Shown: positions 26,549 to 35,817, counted from the first letter of the stretch. The stretch is DNA of 44,517 bases from a virus (IMGVR_UViG_3300037991_007990:1-44517), one strand, 5' to 3'. Program-made: numbers and translations. Notes: generated by a model from the sequence alone, not told the origin.

Positions 26549-27907
26549 CTAGTCTAGATCTTTAAAACCGTAGTCGTTTATAATAGAAATTAATGTTTCT
26601 GCATATTTTTCACCAGTTGCATAGCCGGCTTCTTGTAATGCGTATGCTTGATCTTCTGGTGTTTTAGCTTCCCTGACAGGTTTATACCTAGATTTTGTCA
26701 TAAGTAAGTGATTGTGATCTTTGATACTATCATAAGGAGACTTATATTTCCTAAATCCTAGATTGTAAGTTCCTCTTTTTCCATCGTAAACTTCTTCCGT
26801 TTCTGCCTTTTGAACAGTACCGTCCCAATATGGTGAAGATCCGCTTCCTTTAATACCAAATAAATTATTAGCGTTAGCAATGGTAGACTTTCCCCAGCCT
26901 GTCTCCAGCGCCATCTGTGCTAATTTAACTGATGCGAAAATAGGAGTACCTTTGACTGCTTCTTTCATTATCGGTCCGTATACTCTTTTAAATTCATTAG
27001 GGTTCAATTTTTCACCTAACGGCAGGCCAGACTTATTAGTTTGATTATTAAAGCTTTCAAGACTACCTAGTATTTTGACCCTCTTTATCACGTCGGTCAT
27101 TCTATTAAGATTAGCTGCTCTCACACCAGAAGTTCCACACTTACCACTAGATTCTTTCTCTCCTGGTGGGCAATAGTTACGCCCGCGGCCGCCTCCTGTA
27201 TTTCCGCCTACTTTTTTGCCATCACCAACATAAACATCCATGTGAATACTAGTGCCGTCTCTTTTTCTAACACCAATCACATCACCAGGCTGAATTAAGC
27301 CATTACCGGCAAATTCTCCACTACCTTTAGGAGAAGACTGCCCACCAGGAATTAATTCTTCACCAGCAAATGCTAAGTATACAATCTGATCTTTAAATGA
27401 ATCCGGGTTTGAATCAACTTCTTTTCTTCTGTTCCAACATTTTTCATCTAAATAAACACTGTGGCGCGTCGACTTGTCCCATCTTACGTTACCATCATCG
27501 TGGCTCATAACCCAAGAAACAAAAACAGCACTCCAGTGGTGCATTTTTCCTGATCCTCTGCCATTCTCCCAGAAGTCTTTATTTTTACCAAAAAAACGCC
27601 AGTATTTATCAATCAATTCAAGACCCGCAGTATCTCTTTCGTATATATTACCATCATCCCAAATAGTACCTTCTTCTTTAGCTACTGATGCTGCTCTAGA
27701 GCAAGGAACTGACTGGAAAACAAATTTGTCTGTTTTGCCAATACCATCACCTTTTGGCAAATCGTCAATATTGAAATTAATATCAGTAAGGGACGAAGAA
27801 GCTCCTGATGTCCTAGGCATGTTAAAAGTCATGGCGCCTACCTCATTCAACTTTTCTAAAATTATTTTTCTAATTTTTGACCTGACTACTTCTTCTTTTA
27901 CTATCAT
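26549..27907 (-). CDS. Two-domain peptidoglycan hydrolase: DUF2272/CHAP-like plus GH73 glucosaminidase
   Basis: HWSAVFVSWVM, PGDVI, HMDV, VGGN; AQMALETGWG, NNLFGIK, FRKY, LQEAGYATGEKYA. Confidence 0.85.
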   Translation of the reverse strand: MIVKEEVVRSKIRKIILEKLNEVGAMTFNMPRTSGASSSLTDINFNIDDLPKGDGIGKTDKFVFQSVPCSRAASVAKEEGTIWDDGNIYERDTAGLELIDKYWRFFGKNKDFWENGRGSGKMHHWSAVFVSWVMSHDDGNVRWDKSTRHSVYLDEKCWNRRKEVDSNPDSFKDQIVYLAFAGEELIPGGQSSPKGSGEFAGNGLIQPGDVIGVRKRDGTSIHMDVYVGDGKKVGGNTGGGRGRNYCPPGEKESSGKCGTSGVRAANLNRMTDVIKRVKILGSLESFNNQTNKSGLPLGEKLNPNEFKRVYGPIMKEAVKGTPIFASVKLAQMALETGWGKSTIANANNLFGIKGSGSSPYWDGTVQKAETEEVYDGKRGTYNLGFRKYKSPYDSIKDHNHLLMTKSRYKPVREAKTPEDQAYALQEAGYATGEKYAETLISIINDYGFKDLD

Positions 27908-27910
27908 TTT

Positions 27911-30394
27911 TTAAAACCTTTTGGCGCCGGGAGGTATTCTTAAAATAAGTGTAAATCTACCTTTTCTACCTCTTTCATTGCTCTTATTTTGTATAGAATC
28001 AACGTCGACACGAGAATTAGAGGATGTAAGAATTTCCTTTATTTTTCTTCTCAAAAATCTGTAACTAATCATTCTTGCTCGAGACTGCGTTTCATCTTTC
28101 TTAATGTTAATTACTTCACCTTTATCGTATCGTCCGAACGATCTTCTTGCAAAAGTTACTTTTAAGACAACCATACCGCCTGTATGATTCATGCTTTTAA
28201 TTGAGGTTAAAACCGCATCTGTGAGATTATTTGTTGTTTCCTCTGGAAAGCCTATTTTTTCTAGTTCATCATCAGTAGTATTACCTGCAATAACTTCAAC
28301 GCCAATATTGTTTCTACCTAATCTTCCACCTTCGCCTCTAGTACCGCGGGTGTCTCTATTGTCATCTTGGTCATCTTCTTTTTGCTGATCATCAACATTA
28401 CCTGTTTCATTATAGTAAATATCTCTTATCATTTCGAAGGCACCCTCTTCGTCAGGAGTATAATTTGAGTATTGCGGGCCGTTCTTATCAGTCAACATCT
28501 TTGACATGTCTGACCAAACAACGCCTCCTTGGGAGAGTTTATCCGCGTCAGGATCATCCTTAAAAATACCTGATGTGAATGCTTCACCAGATATTGCGTC
28601 AAAAAGTCTAGTGGTGTCATTACCCCAAATCCCATCAATCTCTGTCGGATCAACATTCATACCAGTATTTTCAACATGTCTGTTCATTAAATTTTGCATT
28701 CTTCTAACTGTGGAATTACTGTTTCTAGCTGAGGCTGCCTGAGATGAACCGGTTCCTCCTCCACTAGATCCACCACTTGTTGTTCCTCCACTAGATCCAC
28801 CACTGGATGATCCGGCTGTAGTGTTAGTTAACCCTGTAAAAAAGTCTGTCATTTTATTCCATGCTGTCCTAAGAATATTAACAAATGCATCAAATGCACC
28901 CTCAAAATCAAAGCTAACAATTTTCTGACCAATAGTTGCTAGAGCAGGAAGTATTGACGCATCCCAAAAATTAATGAAAGCATCAGTGGCATCAGTAACT
29001 TTTGTTTTGATCCAGTCCCAAGCATCTTCCAGCCATCTTTTTGCTCTATCTGCGTAGTCTAAAACAACATCTAAGATTGACGCCCTGAGCGTTTCCGGAA
29101 AATTACTGTTAATGTATGTTCCTCCACTTGGGTTTGAGGCAATTGCAGTCTCAACTCTTGATGTGTCTCCGCCTACATAAGGTCTAACCCTGTCCAGAAG
29201 ATCGCTTTTGCTAATCATTATTTTTGCGTATCTTTTCTGATTGTCTTTAATATTCTTAACATTCAATATGTCTCTTATATAGTCGTTAATTTCATTATCA
29301 TCTTCGATACCAACTGTCGCAGCCACCCCACCCATGAAAGGGAGACTCCTCACTGCGCCACCCATGGCAGAACCCATTGTATCAAAGTTTTTAATAGCAT
29401 AGTATATACAACTTTCCCCCGGGTCATCAACTCCGCTTCTCTCATACTGAACCTTAGAAATTCTAAAATGTTTAGATCCACCAACACCACCCGGACCCCA
29501 GTCAACTCTAGAATCACTTTTTAGCGCAATGCCAAAATATTTGTCGACAAAATGCAAGTCATGTATTGTTAAATTGTGCGCATCAAATTGATTTGCTAGT
29601 TTAATTATTAGTGCTTCACCGTCTTGACTGGCCAAGGCTTCATCAACGAGTACAGATGCTACTTGTCGATAGATGGCATGCATACCTGAGGTTAGTGCAC
29701 CATTATAGATAGTCGTGTTTCCTACATTACGCCCAGTGAAATTAGTCAAAGGTATGCCTAAAAAGTCTGTCACAACAGCTGGGTTCAAGTTTGTTGAACT
29801 AAGATTGTCTAGTGCTGTTTGATAGTCGTTTCTAGAACTAGTTCCTGGAACAAGACTATTAGTTGATTCAAAATTGGAAGGGAGTTGGGGCATGATAAAA
29901 TCAGAGTCTTTAGTTGCAATAAAGTTTGCTAGGCCATCAACAAAACCCTTACAAGCATTTTGACTAGTACTTAAAAATAATGTCTTAGGATTGACGTCTT
30001 CTTGTGTTGCCGCAATAAAAGGTTGTGCCACTAACTTGTGAAACATGTAACCATATGCACAGACTTTGGCGAAGGCGTAAGTTTTTAAAAGAAAACCACC
30101 CGGCATCATTGATGCTGCTAGCGCAGCCCCGCTTCCAAAAAGAACAGCTTCTGCCGTTGTAAGTAACCATGGAAGTACAGCTGCCATCGACGCGTCATCA
30201 ACAAAAGGCACGCTAGATAAGGCTTTTGTTAAAGGTGCAAAACTTGAAATACTAAGACCGCTTGTAACTTCCGATAATATCATTTTTTGAGCAGTACTGT
30301 GGCGGAGCTCTTCAAAAATAATTCTGCGCCTTATGATCGATCTAATTTCTTGTTCAGAAAGATCTCCAAAAACTAAAGACTCTGAATTAATCAT
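27911..30394 (-). CDS. Large putative virion-internal protein with hydrophobic segments and a peptidoglycan-binding-like motif
   Basis: TVRRMQNLMN...IDGIWGNDT after a Gly/Ser linker; N-terminal EIRSIIRRRIIFEE. Confidence 0.5.
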   Translation of the reverse strand: MINSESLVFGDLSEQEIRSIIRRRIIFEELRHSTAQKMILSEVTSGLSISSFAPLTKALSSVPFVDDASMAAVLPWLLTTAEAVLFGSGAALAASMMPGGFLLKTYAFAKVCAYGYMFHKLVAQPFIAATQEDVNPKTLFLSTSQNACKGFVDGLANFIATKDSDFIMPQLPSNFESTNSLVPGTSSRNDYQTALDNLSSTNLNPAVVTDFLGIPLTNFTGRNVGNTTIYNGALTSGMHAIYRQVASVLVDEALASQDGEALIIKLANQFDAHNLTIHDLHFVDKYFGIALKSDSRVDWGPGGVGGSKHFRISKVQYERSGVDDPGESCIYYAIKNFDTMGSAMGGAVRSLPFMGGVAATVGIEDDNEINDYIRDILNVKNIKDNQKRYAKIMISKSDLLDRVRPYVGGDTSRVETAIASNPSGGTYINSNFPETLRASILDVVLDYADRAKRWLEDAWDWIKTKVTDATDAFINFWDASILPALATIGQKIVSFDFEGAFDAFVNILRTAWNKMTDFFTGLTNTTAGSSSGGSSGGTTSGGSSGGGTGSSQAASARNSNSTVRRMQNLMNRHVENTGMNVDPTEIDGIWGNDTTRLFDAISGEAFTSGIFKDDPDADKLSQGGVVWSDMSKMLTDKNGPQYSNYTPDEEGAFEMIRDIYYNETGNVDDQQKEDDQDDNRDTRGTRGEGGRLGRNNIGVEVIAGNTTDDELEKIGFPEETTNNLTDAVLTSIKSMNHTGGMVVLKVTFARRSFGRYDKGEVINIKKDETQSRARMISYRFLRRKIKEILTSSNSRVDVDSIQNKSNERGRKGRFTLILRIPPGAKRF

Positions 30395-30396
30395 TA

Positions 30397-31176
30397 TTAA
30401 TTGCCTCCGAACATATCAGATAGACTATCTACGCCGAATTTAGCAGCTTTGCTTAGAATACCAGAAAAGTCTTTCGCCATATCACCGCTCTTGTCTGCTA
30501 ATTTTAAAATGTCCTCAGCACCACCGGAGTCTCCTCCCATAAAATTACTAATAATATCAGTAAGATTAATATCGCAGATATATTTTTGTACCGGTTCTTC
30601 AATGATTCCTTTTATAATGTTAACAACTACTTCGTTAAGAGATTCTTGACCTACAGCGCCCAAACCTTTCACTACCTTATCTTTCAAATAACCTAGTATT
30701 CCTGAGCTTGGTGCTGCTCCTTTTTCAACAAAGTATCCAAGTATTTCAGCGGCCCCAAATTCTAAAACAACCTCTGTAATAGTCTCAGTTAACATACTTA
30801 TTACTTCTTCACAACTTTCAGCACCGAATAACTTTTCTATTTTTGTATATTCAATTGATTCAAAAAAGTTTTGGACGAAAGAATACATTAAATCGTCTGG
30901 ATCTCCCGGATCGATACCTGGTATCATATCTACAAAATTATCGAATAAATATTTTTTCGCTATATCAAAAAGTGCATCTGTGTTTAAAAAACTACTTGCA
31001 ACATCCATTAAGCCTTCGTTGATCATTTTTTTTGAAGCACCACGTCTTTTCATTCCGTTTTCAGTGATTTTCATTTTATGTAAAGTTAACTCCACAGTTC
31101 TGTTAGCTTCGACAATTTCATTAATCATCCTTCTTTCAACTAGCCTTCTGATTTTCATTCTGTTTGCTGTGCTCAT
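30397..31176 (-). CDS. Hypothetical helical protein with leader-like N-terminus
   Basis: MSTANRMKIRRLVERRMINE; GGAGG RBS. Confidence 0.6.
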   Translation of the reverse strand: MSTANRMKIRRLVERRMINEIVEANRTVELTLHKMKITENGMKRRGASKKMINEGLMDVASSFLNTDALFDIAKKYLFDNFVDMIPGIDPGDPDDLMYSFVQNFFESIEYTKIEKLFGAESCEEVISMLTETITEVVLEFGAAEILGYFVEKGAAPSSGILGYLKDKVVKGLGAVGQESLNEVVVNIIKGIIEEPVQKYICDINLTDIISNFMGGDSGGAEDILKLADKSGDMAKDFSGILSKAAKFGVDSLSDMFGGN

Positions 31177-31224
31177 ACTTCCTCCACAACTTATGTTATC
31201 CTTTATATATATCTAATTAAAAGA

Positions 31225-31554
31225 TTAAATTTCTATCACATATCTATATTTTGTTTTTGGCTTGATAGTGCCTTTCTGACCCGGTCTGCACTTAAAAGTA
31301 TCAACAATGTCATAATTTTTATCTAAAAATATTATTGTTAACGGGATACTAGTATTTTCCATCGTAAATCCGTCATTGACATCTTGTGCAAACCAAAAAA
31401 ACATTCCCCATCCGCGGGGTAATTCTCTCACCTGGGATAAGCCTTTCCTTCTTTTAATGGGGGTGTCAGCAATCCACAAATTGTATTTCCTACCTTTTAT
31501 CTTAATGGGTCTATTTTTGTACCGTTTAAACAATTTAAAAGCATTATGTAACAC
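31225..31554 (-). CDS. DUF192 family protein
   Basis: IADTPIKRRKGL, GMFF, FTMENTSIPLTIIFLD, YVIEI. Confidence 0.85.
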   Translation of the reverse strand: MLHNAFKLFKRYKNRPIKIKGRKYNLWIADTPIKRRKGLSQVRELPRGWGMFFWFAQDVNDGFTMENTSIPLTIIFLDKNYDIVDTFKCRPGQKGTIKPKTKYRYVIEI

Positions 31555-31574
31555 ACAACCTCACATATTATAAT
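31547..31574 (+). promoter_or_regulatory. TGTAAC-N16-TATAAT promoter upstream of the matrixin-like gene
   Basis: Exact match to the repeated element, 24 nt before ATG 31599. Confidence 0.65.
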
Positions 31575-31598
31575 ATAATTATAACACAAAGAGGTATT

Positions 31599-32057
31599 AT
31601 GTTTTTATTAAATTTATTGACATCATTAAGTTTTGCAGACGATCTTAACTATGACTGGCGCTGGGAAAAATATGCTAGCCCTAACATTGAAATATGCCCG
31701 GACTCTGATTTAAGTGTGCAAAAAGTTGACCAGATCATTGACTATTGGCTTGACAGAGGTGTCAATGTCAATATCGACACAGTCAAACGGGTTGAGTATT
31801 GCGACATGTCAAAATTTGGTGTTATACAAATAACCGGATATCGAGATTTTAACATAAAAAGATATCATGCAATGACAGATATCAAGTGGCATTACTACGG
31901 TGTTAGGTCAGAAGACACAATATACTATATCGACAGAGTGCATATACAGCTACCCAATGATGCGCTAGATAATCGACCTGTCGTACTCCATGAGTTCGGC
32001 CATGCACTAGGGCTAGGTCACTCAAACGACTTTATCATGAAAAGAAGGCACGATTAA
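31599..32057 (+). CDS. Matrixin/M10-like metalloprotease with possible signal peptide
   Basis: HEFGHALGLGHS plus Met-turn (IM); short hydrophobic N-terminus ending SFA. Confidence 0.82.
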   Translation: MFLLNLLTSLSFADDLNYDWRWEKYASPNIEICPDSDLSVQKVDQIIDYWLDRGVNVNIDTVKRVEYCDMSKFGVIQITGYRDFNIKRYHAMTDIKWHYYGVRSEDTIYYIDRVHIQLPNDALDNRPVVLHEFGHALGLGHSNDFIMKRRHD

Positions 32058-32060
32058 AAG

Positions 32061-32345
32061 TTATTTTTTCATTGGAGGTGTCGGAGGAGAATCCGTACCT
32101 TCTTTTTCTTTTGGAATATAGATCTTAATATTTTGATCGATACTTAACTTATCAGCGTCTTTTATATTATTAAGCTTTTTTAAGTGTGTAGATGTGCATC
32201 CTGCCGGGCATTCCTTTTGAGCAATACCACTCAACGTGTCACCGGACTTTACTTTATAATTACCTATACTGTGATCATCTGGGTTGAATCCCTCGTTGAT
32301 CACAGATTCAATGAGTCTTCTTAGTTGTCTTCTATCTAATCTCAT
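32061..32345 (-). CDS. LysM domain protein with conserved leader
   Basis: MRLDRRQLRRLIESVINE then YKVKSGDTLSGIA...LKKLNNIKDADKLSIDQNIKI. Confidence 0.85.
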   Translation of the reverse strand: MRLDRRQLRRLIESVINEGFNPDDHSIGNYKVKSGDTLSGIAQKECPAGCTSTHLKKLNNIKDADKLSIDQNIKIYIPKEKEGTDSPPTPPMKK

Positions 32346-32433
32346 AGTTATAACTCCCTTTATCGTTCGTAGACTTATACAATAACTATTCTTGTCTGTT
32401 TAATTAATCCCAAAGAATATTTCCGATGGAAAT

Positions 32434-32457
32434 AAAAAACGCCAGTGTCAACTGGCG
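32434..32457 (-). terminator. Rho-independent terminator
   Basis: CGCCAGT-4nt-ACTGGCG stem followed on the minus strand by T6. Confidence 0.75.
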
Positions 32458-32511
32458 CGAGCTAGCCCCACCCTATGAACGCCGAGTAAGACCCCAAGGG
32501 TCATCCTCGTC

Positions 32512-32850
32512 TCAACCGATTGAATACGCAACGTAATACATGCCCGGGTAACGGCCGTCACGGCCGTCCATGGCTGACTCATATTGAGACATTTTTCTTC
32601 TCAAAGCAGAGTCCAATTCATCCGATGCATAAAATTCGACAATGACACCGCCTCCCGCGTAATGACTTACAGAGAAGATGTCGAGTGTACCCTCTTTCGC
32701 ATGTCCTAGGGTAACTGCCGCCTCAAAGACATGAGTAATAAGTGAATTGCTATCTCCCGCTTGCAAAAATTTATCAGCGATCATTCCAGCAGTCTTAGCC
32801 CGGCTTGACTCACGTAATAATCGTCTTAGTTGTCTTCTTGTGATCTTCAT
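32512..32850 (-). CDS. Leader-family hypothetical protein
   Basis: MKITRRQLRRLLRE. Confidence 0.75.
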   Translation of the reverse strand: MKITRRQLRRLLRESSRAKTAGMIADKFLQAGDSNSLITHVFEAAVTLGHAKEGTLDIFSVSHYAGGGVIVEFYASDELDSALRRKMSQYESAMDGRDGRYPGMYYVAYSIG

Positions 32851-32851
32851 G

Positions 32852-33268
32852 TTACTGACGATGATGCAGTCGTGTCAAGATCTCTTCAGCAGCAACTTGA
32901 AATGCAGTTTTATTTAACCCACCATGGGCAAAATGTCTGTCGCTAAAACTACCTGAAAGACCTCCCGGACCACTGATGAATACAGTGTCTCCATCGCTAT
33001 TATACGATAGCCTGCGGGGGTTAAATTCAGCACCGGAAGTTTTAAGTGTGACTGTTGGAAAAGCTCCGGTACCGGACGAGATCGTGACCCCGGCATCACT
33101 TAAGTCGACTGTTGTTCCTGACTCCGGGTAGTCGCGGGCTGCAACATATTTCAATGCACTAGCAAATTCCTGATCATCTGGATTAAACTTAGGAACCTCC
33201 CTAGGTTCGCTAAGAAGGAATAACTCTTGCAAGATCATCTTGCGTAATTTCTTTCTGTTAAGTTTCAC
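32852..33268 (-). CDS. Leader-family hypothetical protein
   Basis: MKLNRKKLRKMILQE; GTG start with AGGAG RBS. Confidence 0.75.
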   Translation of the reverse strand: MKLNRKKLRKMILQELFLLSEPREVPKFNPDDQEFASALKYVAARDYPESGTTVDLSDAGVTISSGTGAFPTVTLKTSGAEFNPRRLSYNSDGDTVFISGPGGLSGSFSDRHFAHGGLNKTAFQVAAEEILTRLHHRQ

Positions 33269-33692
33269 ATTATCTCCTATTTCATCCTCACATTAAAAGT
33301 AAAATATTCCTGCATATCATCCGGATCATCCGGATCACCCGTCACTGCGGTGCGGTACGCTCGATCTGTTTCATAAAAGGGATAGCCTATTGACTCGAGG
33401 TAACGTCGAAAATTTTCGATTTGATATTGATCATCTGGACCGCCCTCATGAGAAGCAACTTGAATTACTACTGAATGTTGAGTAGCCATACCTCCGTAGT
33501 ATACTGAAAGCTTTTGATCGAGTCGGTTCGTAATACCTTCTCCCATGTAAAATTTTTGCAATTCCCTTTTAATGGTCTCCTTAGCATAGATGATCACCTT
33601 GTCAAGCAATGCACTTTCCCCACCTGATAAGCGTCCTCGTCCTAATATGGACTCCATGATCATCTTGCGTAATTTCTTTCTGTTAAGTTTCA
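33233..33692. repeat. 35-bp identical direct repeat (33233-33267 and 33658-33692) encoding the leader of two adjacent genes
   Basis: GATCATCTTGCGTAATTTCTTTCTGTTAAGTTTCA in both; the sequences diverge immediately after the leader. Confidence 0.9.
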
Positions 33693-33693
33693 T
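33277..33693 (-). CDS. Leader-family hypothetical protein
   Basis: MKLNRKKLRKMIMES; AAGGAGG RBS. Confidence 0.75.
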   Translation of the reverse strand: MKLNRKKLRKMIMESILGRGRLSGGESALLDKVIIYAKETIKRELQKFYMGEGITNRLDQKLSVYYGGMATQHSVVIQVASHEGGPDDQYQIENFRRYLESIGYPFYETDRAYRTAVTGDPDDPDDMQEYFTFNVRMK

Positions 33694-33702
33694 GACACCT
33701 CC

Positions 33703-34146
33703 TTAGATATAATCATCGTCAGAGTCTGGCTCATCATCGATAAGAGTGTCATAAGGTAACGGCTTAAAATCCATGTCCATGTCCATATCATCAACTAACG
33801 CATCATGACTGACGTCCCCGTAATGCTCAGCATATAGGAAGTCGCCTTCATCAAAGTATTGGATTGCTGAACCAATCGGCTCTCTGAGCTCACTTTCTAC
33901 ACTGTATACATGAGTATAAGGGCCCGGGCCCTCAGGAGGAGGGGGAAGGCTTTTAAGTGCCACAAGTGCACCGGCGACTTCGTCCATCTCGTCGACCACG
34001 ATCTCACCGCCTTCTAACTCAGGGTGACGGAGATAAAATTTATCACTGATTTCTAAATCGACGACCTTCACCCCGCTCTTTACAAGGGTTAACTCGTTAA
34101 TGGACTCTCTAATAAGTCTGCGTAATTGTGTTCTGTTAATTTTCAT
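33703..34146 (-). CDS. Leader-family acidic hypothetical protein
   Basis: MKINRTQLRRLIRESINE; very Asp/Glu-rich body. Confidence 0.75.
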   Translation of the reverse strand: MKINRTQLRRLIRESINELTLVKSGVKVVDLEISDKFYLRHPELEGGEIVVDEMDEVAGALVALKSLPPPPEGPGPYTHVYSVESELREPIGSAIQYFDEGDFLYAEHYGDVSHDALVDDMDMDMDFKPLPYDTLIDDEPDSDDDYI

Positions 34147-34192
34147 ATCTTCTCCATGATGTATATAAATAGAAATAGGTAAAGCACATTAA

Positions 34193-34420
34193 TTAAGGAG
34201 TTCCAAAATTCAAATACATGTCAGCAATACCCTCGTCTGGATTGTCCGGACCAGATATCTCGTAACCGACACCTTCATTATAAATAACGGTATACCCCTC
34301 AGGTAAGCCTTCTTTAAGAACCTTTAGCACGAGATCTCTCATCTCAGGCCCATCAGCTGGATCAAAAGAGCCGATTTGCTCGAGAATTAATTTTTGAAGT
34401 TGCTTTCTATTAAGTTTCAT
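34193..34420 (-). CDS. Leader-family hypothetical protein
   Basis: MKLNRKQLQKLILEQ; GGAG RBS. Confidence 0.72.
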   Translation of the reverse strand: MKLNRKQLQKLILEQIGSFDPADGPEMRDLVLKVLKEGLPEGYTVIYNEGVGYEISGPDNPDEGIADMYLNFGTP

Positions 34421-34442
34421 GATATCTCCATAATAAGTTGTA

Positions 34443-34489
34443 TATAACTATCTAAAAGTTCGCCAAACTTTCCGGAGAAATTTTTGTGA
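34443..34489 (-). repeat. 47-bp intergenic element copy 1 (TCCGGA-centred palindrome plus putative late promoter TAGTTATA)
   Basis: 43/47 identical to 35741-35787. Confidence 0.85.
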
Positions 34490-34504
34490 CGAAATGAGCT
34501 TTGC

Positions 34505-34936
34505 TCACGGAGCTGGGTATCGTCTCATGAACATTCCTTCACCTGTATACTCAAAACCATGATTCATGTAAAAGCGTGACAAGGAATCATCACTCATTTC
34601 GCCATACGACTCAACTTCTAATATCATTGACATACCAGTTGCATCTAACAAAGACGTCAGTTTTCTCATGGTATGATTGGCATAGCCTTTTCTGAAACAG
34701 TCATGCCCTTTAGTCTGTATATAGACTAAATAAGCCTCTGAGGCGAAAGACCCAATGGCAATGTCGACAACAAACTCAACCTGGCAACCGTCATCATATT
34801 GTTGAGCATAGATAGGCGTGCCCTCGTGTACTTCGCCCGTGTCGATAAAATTCTGTCTTAAAGCATTTTTAAAAGACATGACCAAGTCAGTCGATTCAAT
34901 GATTAATCGGCGAAGTTGTCGTCGTGTAATTTTCAT
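34505..34936 (-). CDS. Leader-family protein with GNAT acetyltransferase-like domain
   Basis: MKITRRQLRRLIIES; FRKGYANHTMRKL (motif A-like) and LSRFYMNHGF (motif B-like). Confidence 0.68.
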   Translation of the reverse strand: MKITRRQLRRLIIESTDLVMSFKNALRQNFIDTGEVHEGTPIYAQQYDDGCQVEFVVDIAIGSFASEAYLVYIQTKGHDCFRKGYANHTMRKLTSLLDATGMSMILEVESYGEMSDDSLSRFYMNHGFEYTGEGMFMRRYPAP

Positions 34937-34963
34937 GATTTACCCTCTGGATTCTTTTAAGCT

Positions 34964-35734
34964 TTACGTTTCTGAAGCGATAACAGTTCTAACGACAGCA
35001 ATTTTTCCTCTGATTGTGTCTCTTAATTCTTGAGCACACTCTCTAGCTTTCAAGTCTAATTCTCGAGACAGATGGGGTGACCCAGGAATATCTATGATAG
35101 CTGCTCTATAATTTAAAAAATATGCAGTTAGAAGTTCAGCGACAACGTCATTGCTAGGATCATTTCGGAGTGATTTAGTTTGTGAAGAGAAAGTGTCTCC
35201 TGACAATTCTCCGCTCTCGATCATATCGTTAATCTGTCTAGAAAAAGATGCACATTTTGGCAAAACAGTTTCCTCTTCAGTCATATAATTCCAATAGTAG
35301 TCACCATGTAATATTGCATGAATAATCATGTGAGGAGTTGGTAAGTATCCCCTTACAATCACCTCAGAAGTGTTAACAATGCAAACATCTTTGCTCTTGT
35401 CAAATTCTAGTGGGTTAACATTTAAAGCATTTAAAAGTTTATCTGTCGGTTCAAAAAACTCTGCACGAGTTTTGGGCTCCAAAACACTAGCTTGAGGATC
35501 AACAGTTCTTAAGTCAATATATCTGCTAAAATTTCTAATCCAGACGTCAGACCCGGGAAATCCCATTTGCTCAGAATATAAACGATCAGCTTTTTTTGCA
35601 AAAAGCTGAGATGATGTATATTTCTTTACTTTTTCAAAATCAGACCCTTCACTGTCAATACCGTCTAAATAAGAGATATCTCTCATTGCCATCTCATTAA
35701 TCAGCTGCCTCAATTGTCTTCTTGTAATTCTCAT
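34964..35734 (-). CDS. Leader-family hypothetical protein
   Basis: MRITRRQLRQLINE; HMIIHAILHG segment may bind metal. Confidence 0.75.
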   Translation of the reverse strand: MRITRRQLRQLINEMAMRDISYLDGIDSEGSDFEKVKKYTSSQLFAKKADRLYSEQMGFPGSDVWIRNFSRYIDLRTVDPQASVLEPKTRAEFFEPTDKLLNALNVNPLEFDKSKDVCIVNTSEVIVRGYLPTPHMIIHAILHGDYYWNYMTEEETVLPKCASFSRQINDMIESGELSGDTFSSQTKSLRNDPSNDVVAELLTAYFLNYRAAIIDIPGSPHLSRELDLKARECAQELRDTIRGKIAVVRTVIASET

Positions 35735-35740
35735 AGTGAT

Positions 35741-35787
35741 TATAACTATCTAAAAGTTACTCAAATTTTCCGGAGAAATTTTTGTGA
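35741..35787 (-). repeat. 47-bp intergenic element copy 2
   Basis: TATAACTATCTAAAAGTT...TTTCCGGAGAAATTTTTGTGA. Confidence 0.85.
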
Positions 35788-35788
35788 G

Positions 35789-35817
35789 AAAAAAGAAACG
35801 CCGGTGGTTAACCGGCG
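35789..35817 (-). terminator. Rho-independent terminator, paralog of 32434-32457
   Basis: CGCCGGT-5nt-ACCGGCG stem with T-rich tail on the minus strand. Confidence 0.75.

Noticed and set aside
28758-28804. 20-bp tandem repeat CCTCCACTAGATCCACCACT
   Set aside because: It encodes an ordinary Gly/Ser linker.
801-31573. Many short plus-strand ORFs in the track (e.g. 801, 8271, 11317, 13783, 17793, 23776, 27474)
   Set aside because: They are antisense shadows of well-supported genes, lacking RBSs and motifs.
32458-32511. Possible tRNA or structured RNA in the intergenic gap
   Set aside because: Only a short GACCC/GGGTC hairpin; no cloverleaf or T-loop motif. No tRNA or rRNA was recognised in the window.
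34164-34171. T4 late promoter TATAAATA on the plus strand
   Set aside because: It faces away from the adjacent gene and has no plus-strand ORF to drive. It fits better as minus-strand TATTTATA.
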